Shown here in pieces: positions 14,504 to 17,473 of a stretch of 17,473 nt of DNA. The DNA comes from Nitrososphaeria archaeon. GTDB taxonomy: Archaea > Thermoproteota > Nitrososphaeria > JACIWG01. Numbering within the stretch: position 1 is the first letter of the stretch; each line of letters starts with the position of its first letter. The notes beneath the pieces are model-generated. The model was not told where the DNA came from, made no database searches, and saw only the letters and a list, made by a program, of their open reading frames with translations. The stretch spans positions 1 to 17,473 of the forward strand of contig JBEKIG010000027.1 of assembly GCA_050011875.1 (NCBI GenBank). The letters are read 5' to 3'. The position numbers were made by a program, and so were the translations under genes.

Positions 14504-16203
14504 TAAACAGGGTACCCAAGTGATCTAGCATTCGCCAAGAAATTCTTCCAAGCAGCTACCTGACTGTCTAGGCCGTACTTCGCCGTTATCGTATTAAAGT
14601 TCTTTTCTGCTGTCGATAATGCAGTTGTGGCGTCCATCTTACCAGTGATGAAATTTGTGGCTTCTATAGCAATTTCGTTGTAATATTCTGCAGCGCCTGG
14701 TATTACATGATCAGGGTATCCAACAACTTGGCATTTTGGAACGATGTTTAGCCAATTTTGATCGACATTGATGTTCCACTTCGTCTTTGTCATATCGAAA
14801 TAGTCGTCATACATCGGATCCTCGCCGGATAAGACATCGCTTACATAATTTATCGCATGCCTCTCATCGCTCATTTTAAGCATAGCTGCGACAGCAGCGT
14901 CAGGTTGTGTTGTGTATTTGGACACTCCTATGATTCGTCCACCCATTACTGAGCAAAAATGCTTGGCGTTCTCGGAGGGCGCAGGCCATACGTTGTAGCC
15001 TATCAAGCTCGGTTCATTGATAAACTTCGAATTTCCAGCGAACGTTCCTGAATTTAATACCAGTCTGCCTATGTCCCCATATGTTATTGCCATTAAGGCT
15101 TGACCGCCAATAAATTGTGCGAACATCGTATCCCACGCTAATGAGAGATATCCTGGCATCATACAATCAGAGAGAAGCTTCTGCATATAGTTGAGAACTG
15201 CAACACCAGTGTCATTGTTTATTTGTGGGGTCATATTTTCATCGAACATCATCTTGCCCTGGCTAAAACTTCCGAACAATCCGAGGAAAGTCGCTTGTAT
15301 ATCAGTTACATCCCACGGACCTGTAAGACCAGTTAATCCATAGCAGGGTTTACCTACGCCACCCCAATCCCACCCTGAAAAGAATTTTGCAACATCATAG
15401 AACTGATCCCAAGTCGTCGGGGGCGCTGGCAGATCGTATCCCACTTTTGCTTTAAAGTTTGCTTGGTTCGTTGGATCAGTAAGTACGTCTTTACGATAGT
15501 ACAGATTAGTGGTGTCCCCGTCTTCGGTATAGGCGTATACGTTGCCACCCCATTCATCGTATAGCTTTCGGAAGTTCGGAGAAATATGGTTGTAGTCATT
15601 CCTGTACGGTTCTCCAATTTCGTCCTTAATACTATCCAAGTAATTGTCGAGTTGGAGTAGGTATCCTCCCTGCATAAAGGCTCCATTCCAAACCGGTTCT
15701 AGCACAACGATATCATAGGTGGGTGGGGATCCTGAAGCTGCTGCTTGCCAGTCTCTCATGCATGCTGCATAATGATTAGCCAGAACATCGGCTACTGGTT
15801 CAAGGATTATTCCCAACTCATCTCTAACATACCCATTGTTCTGCGCAAATGGTTCATAGTTGTGCCCCGAGTCCATATAGGCTACTAATGTAACACCCCA
15901 ATATGGCCCACTCGTTATCGTTGCGGTCGGTGGTAATCCAGCTTGAACTACATAAGTCGAAGTAGCAGTTGTTGTAGTTGGAGCAGTGACAGTGGTTGTA
16001 GCTGTTGTTGCTGACGTTAACGTTGTTGTAGACGTTGTTGATTTTGTTAACGTTGTTGTAGTTGGAACTGTTGAAAATATCGTGGTCGTAGTTGCCGGCC
16101 TAGTACCAAGGTAAACCGCCGCACCGGCAACGATGATGACTGCAGCACCTAAACCAGCGTAGACAAATTTCCTTCTATCCATCTTTTTAGGTTCTTGACT
16201 CAT
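14503..16203 (-). CDS. Carbohydrate ABC transporter substrate-binding protein (family 1) with twin-arginine-like N-terminus and Thr-rich linker
   Basis: MDRRKF plus a hydrophobic helix; about 45-aa Thr-rich stretch; SBP motifs YDIV, GGYLLQLDNY, LYYRKD, PTTWDQFYDVAKFF, FIGGQALMAI. Adjacent to two CUT1 permeases. Confidence 0.93.
   Translation of the reverse strand: MSQEPKKMDRRKFVYAGLGAAVIIVAGAAVYLGTRPATTTTIFSTVPTTTTLTKSTTSTTTLTSATTATTTVTAPTTTTATSTYVVQAGLPPTATITSGPYWGVTLVAYMDSGHNYEPFAQNNGYVRDELGIILEPVADVLANHYAACMRDWQAAASGSPPTYDIVVLEPVWNGAFMQGGYLLQLDNYLDSIKDEIGEPYRNDYNHISPNFRKLYDEWGGNVYAYTEDGDTTNLYYRKDVLTDPTNQANFKAKVGYDLPAPPTTWDQFYDVAKFFSGWDWGGVGKPCYGLTGLTGPWDVTDIQATFLGLFGSFSQGKMMFDENMTPQINNDTGVAVLNYMQKLLSDCMMPGYLSLAWDTMFAQFIGGQALMAITYGDIGRLVLNSGTFAGNSKFINEPSLIGYNVWPAPSENAKHFCSVMGGRIIGVSKYTTQPDAAVAAMLKMSDERHAINYVSDVLSGEDPMYDDYFDMTKTKWNINVDQNWLNIVPKCQVVGYPDHVIPGAAEYYNEIAIEATNFITGKMDATTALSTAEKNFNTITAKYGLDSQVAAWKNFLANARSLGYPV
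16016..16061. repeat. 16-bp direct repeat within the Thr-rich linker coding sequence
   Basis: GTTAACGTTGTTGTAG at 16016-16031 and 16046-16061 (30-nt period; TTTTLT twice). Confidence 0.8.
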
Positions 16204-16225
16204 AGTTTTGAATGAGCAGAGCTGG

Positions 16226-16286
16226 TATATATTAATTGTCTAATAACACATGTTACAATATATTAATAAATAACCTTTGCATAGGT
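16226..16286. promoter_or_regulatory. Back-to-back promoters for the SBP and TrmB genes with two candidate operator palindromes
   Basis: ATATATTAAT at 16227-16236 and 16258-16267, each about 25-35 nt from a start codon. TAACA-CA-TGTTA at 16244-16255; ACCTtTGCAtAGGT at 16273-16286. Confidence 0.55.
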
Positions 16287-16294
16287 AGTAATAA

Positions 16295-17128
16295 ATGTCG
16301 ATGGATACTTTGCATTGCATAAAAAATCTGCAAGAGTATGGCTTGACCTTAAATCAAGCTACGTTATATGTTAACTTGCTTATGCATGGTTCGATGAAAT
16401 TAAGTGACATAGTTTATACGTCTGGATTAAATAAGATGTTAATCTATAGAACCATTAAAAAAATGGTAGAATTGGGATTTGTACAATCCAGTTTTACACG
16501 ACCCAAACATTTTTTGGCAGTGCCCCCAAAGGAGACTTTATCTTCTCTTATAGAAGAAAATGATTACAATTTAAGAAGAGAAAAAGAAGAAAGTGCCTTT
16601 CTTATAGAGGCTTTAACATCTTTGACCAAAAAACTTCCTTGCGAAGAAGTCAGTTCTGCTAATTTTAAAGTTTTGCAAGGCAGGAAACAGGTTCTTAGAG
16701 TTGTCAATCAAATGGCCGAAAGAGCAAGATTAGAAGAGAATGCCATTAACACAGCCGCTGGTATAATTAGATGTGTTAGTTCAGGAATTTCTGAAGTTAA
16801 TGAAAATGCTGCAAAGAGGGGGGTAAAAATGAGATGGATTGCCCCCATACATGTAGAGAACTTCGTCGAAGCTAGAAGATTATGCGAATTTGGAGAGGTT
16901 CGCAATCTCGAGGTTCCAAGTCCAATTCGCTTTATAGTAATGGACGAATCTGAGACATTAATATCATCAATTTACGACGACTCGACTTCCCTTAATTCAG
17001 AAGGAGACGTTGCAATTTGGATCGATGACATGAACATATCTAAACTAATGAACTATCTTTTCTACAATCTTTGGAAGGATGCCAAACCTATTTCTAACAA
17101 GCTAAGCGAATGCGATTTATATTTATAA
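16295..17128 (+). CDS. TrmB-family sugar-responsive transcriptional regulator
   Basis: N-terminal wHTH LQEYGLTLNQATLYVNLL...IYRTIKKMVELGFV...RPKHFLAVPP, a coiled linker, and a C-terminal effector domain (LQGRKQV, KRGVKMRWI, RFIVMDESETLI). Divergent from a sugar ABC operon. Confidence 0.9.
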   Translation: MSMDTLHCIKNLQEYGLTLNQATLYVNLLMHGSMKLSDIVYTSGLNKMLIYRTIKKMVELGFVQSSFTRPKHFLAVPPKETLSSLIEENDYNLRREKEESAFLIEALTSLTKKLPCEEVSSANFKVLQGRKQVLRVVNQMAERARLEENAINTAAGIIRCVSSGISEVNENAAKRGVKMRWIAPIHVENFVEARRLCEFGEVRNLEVPSPIRFIVMDESETLISSIYDDSTSLNSEGDVAIWIDDMNISKLMNYLFYNLWKDAKPISNKLSECDLYL

Positions 17129-17266
17129 TAAGTTCTAAAATAAACGTTAATAAAGACAAAAAATTAAAGGTCAAATTCTTTAAATGTATTGCGATCATAA
17201 TGTATATTAGAGAACATAAATGGACAATATAAGAGAGTAATAAATATAAAAACAATAGAAAGATTC

Positions 17267-17473
17267 CTATTTGAATACATTTATGTCGAATATTTTCGGA
17301 ATCTGCATACGAACCACTACATCCGTAGGGCTTGGACAGGCGCAGACCTTTAGATCCCCAAAAACGCTTGTGAACATATAAGCATCATCAAAAGATAACC
17401 CCTTCCTTTCCATTATCAGAGAAACTGACTTTTCCACTACACCCCTCACTGCCTTTTCAAGCGATTGATCATT
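17267..17473 (-). CDS. 3' end of an acetamidase/formamidase-family protein (runs off the right edge)
   Basis: NDQSLEKAVRGVVEKSVSLIMERKGLSFDDAYMFTSVFGDLKV...VRMQIPK matches the family C-terminal pattern GLSxxxAYxLxSxxxDL...VRxxxPK. The frame is open to base 17473. Confidence 0.75.
   Translation of the reverse strand, partial: NDQSLEKAVRGVVEKSVSLIMERKGLSFDDAYMFTSVFGDLKVCACPSPTDVVVRMQIPKIFDINVFK

Overview
Archaeal-looking genomic window (TrmB regulator, Bat-type HTH fragment, TATA-like boxes about 25-35 nt before start codons, GTGA-type ribosome-binding sites). Bathyarchaeia/Thermoproteota is a guess, not something the sequence proves. It is a compositional patchwork of metabolic genes: aldo/keto reductase, HAD hydrolase, an internally duplicated membrane protein, a PD-(D/E)XK-like nuclease with a damaged or non-canonical start, a divergent enolase-superfamily/2-hydroxyacid dehydrogenase pair, an MBL-fold hydrolase, a GC-rich ABC-2 exporter, a type 1 IPP isomerase, a pseudogene fragment, a 508-aa protein with two tandem flavin-reductase-like domains plus an unrecognised Trp-rich tail, a TrmB-associated carbohydrate ABC importer lacking its ATPase, and the 3' end of an acetamidase/formamidase-like gene. 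I see no CRISPR array, rRNA, intact tRNA or transposase. The best novelty candidates are the double flavin-reductase protein, a structured hammerhead-like element in its 5' leader, and a 21-bp duplication at the junction of two permease genes. All family assignments come from motif recognition by eye; no searches were run.
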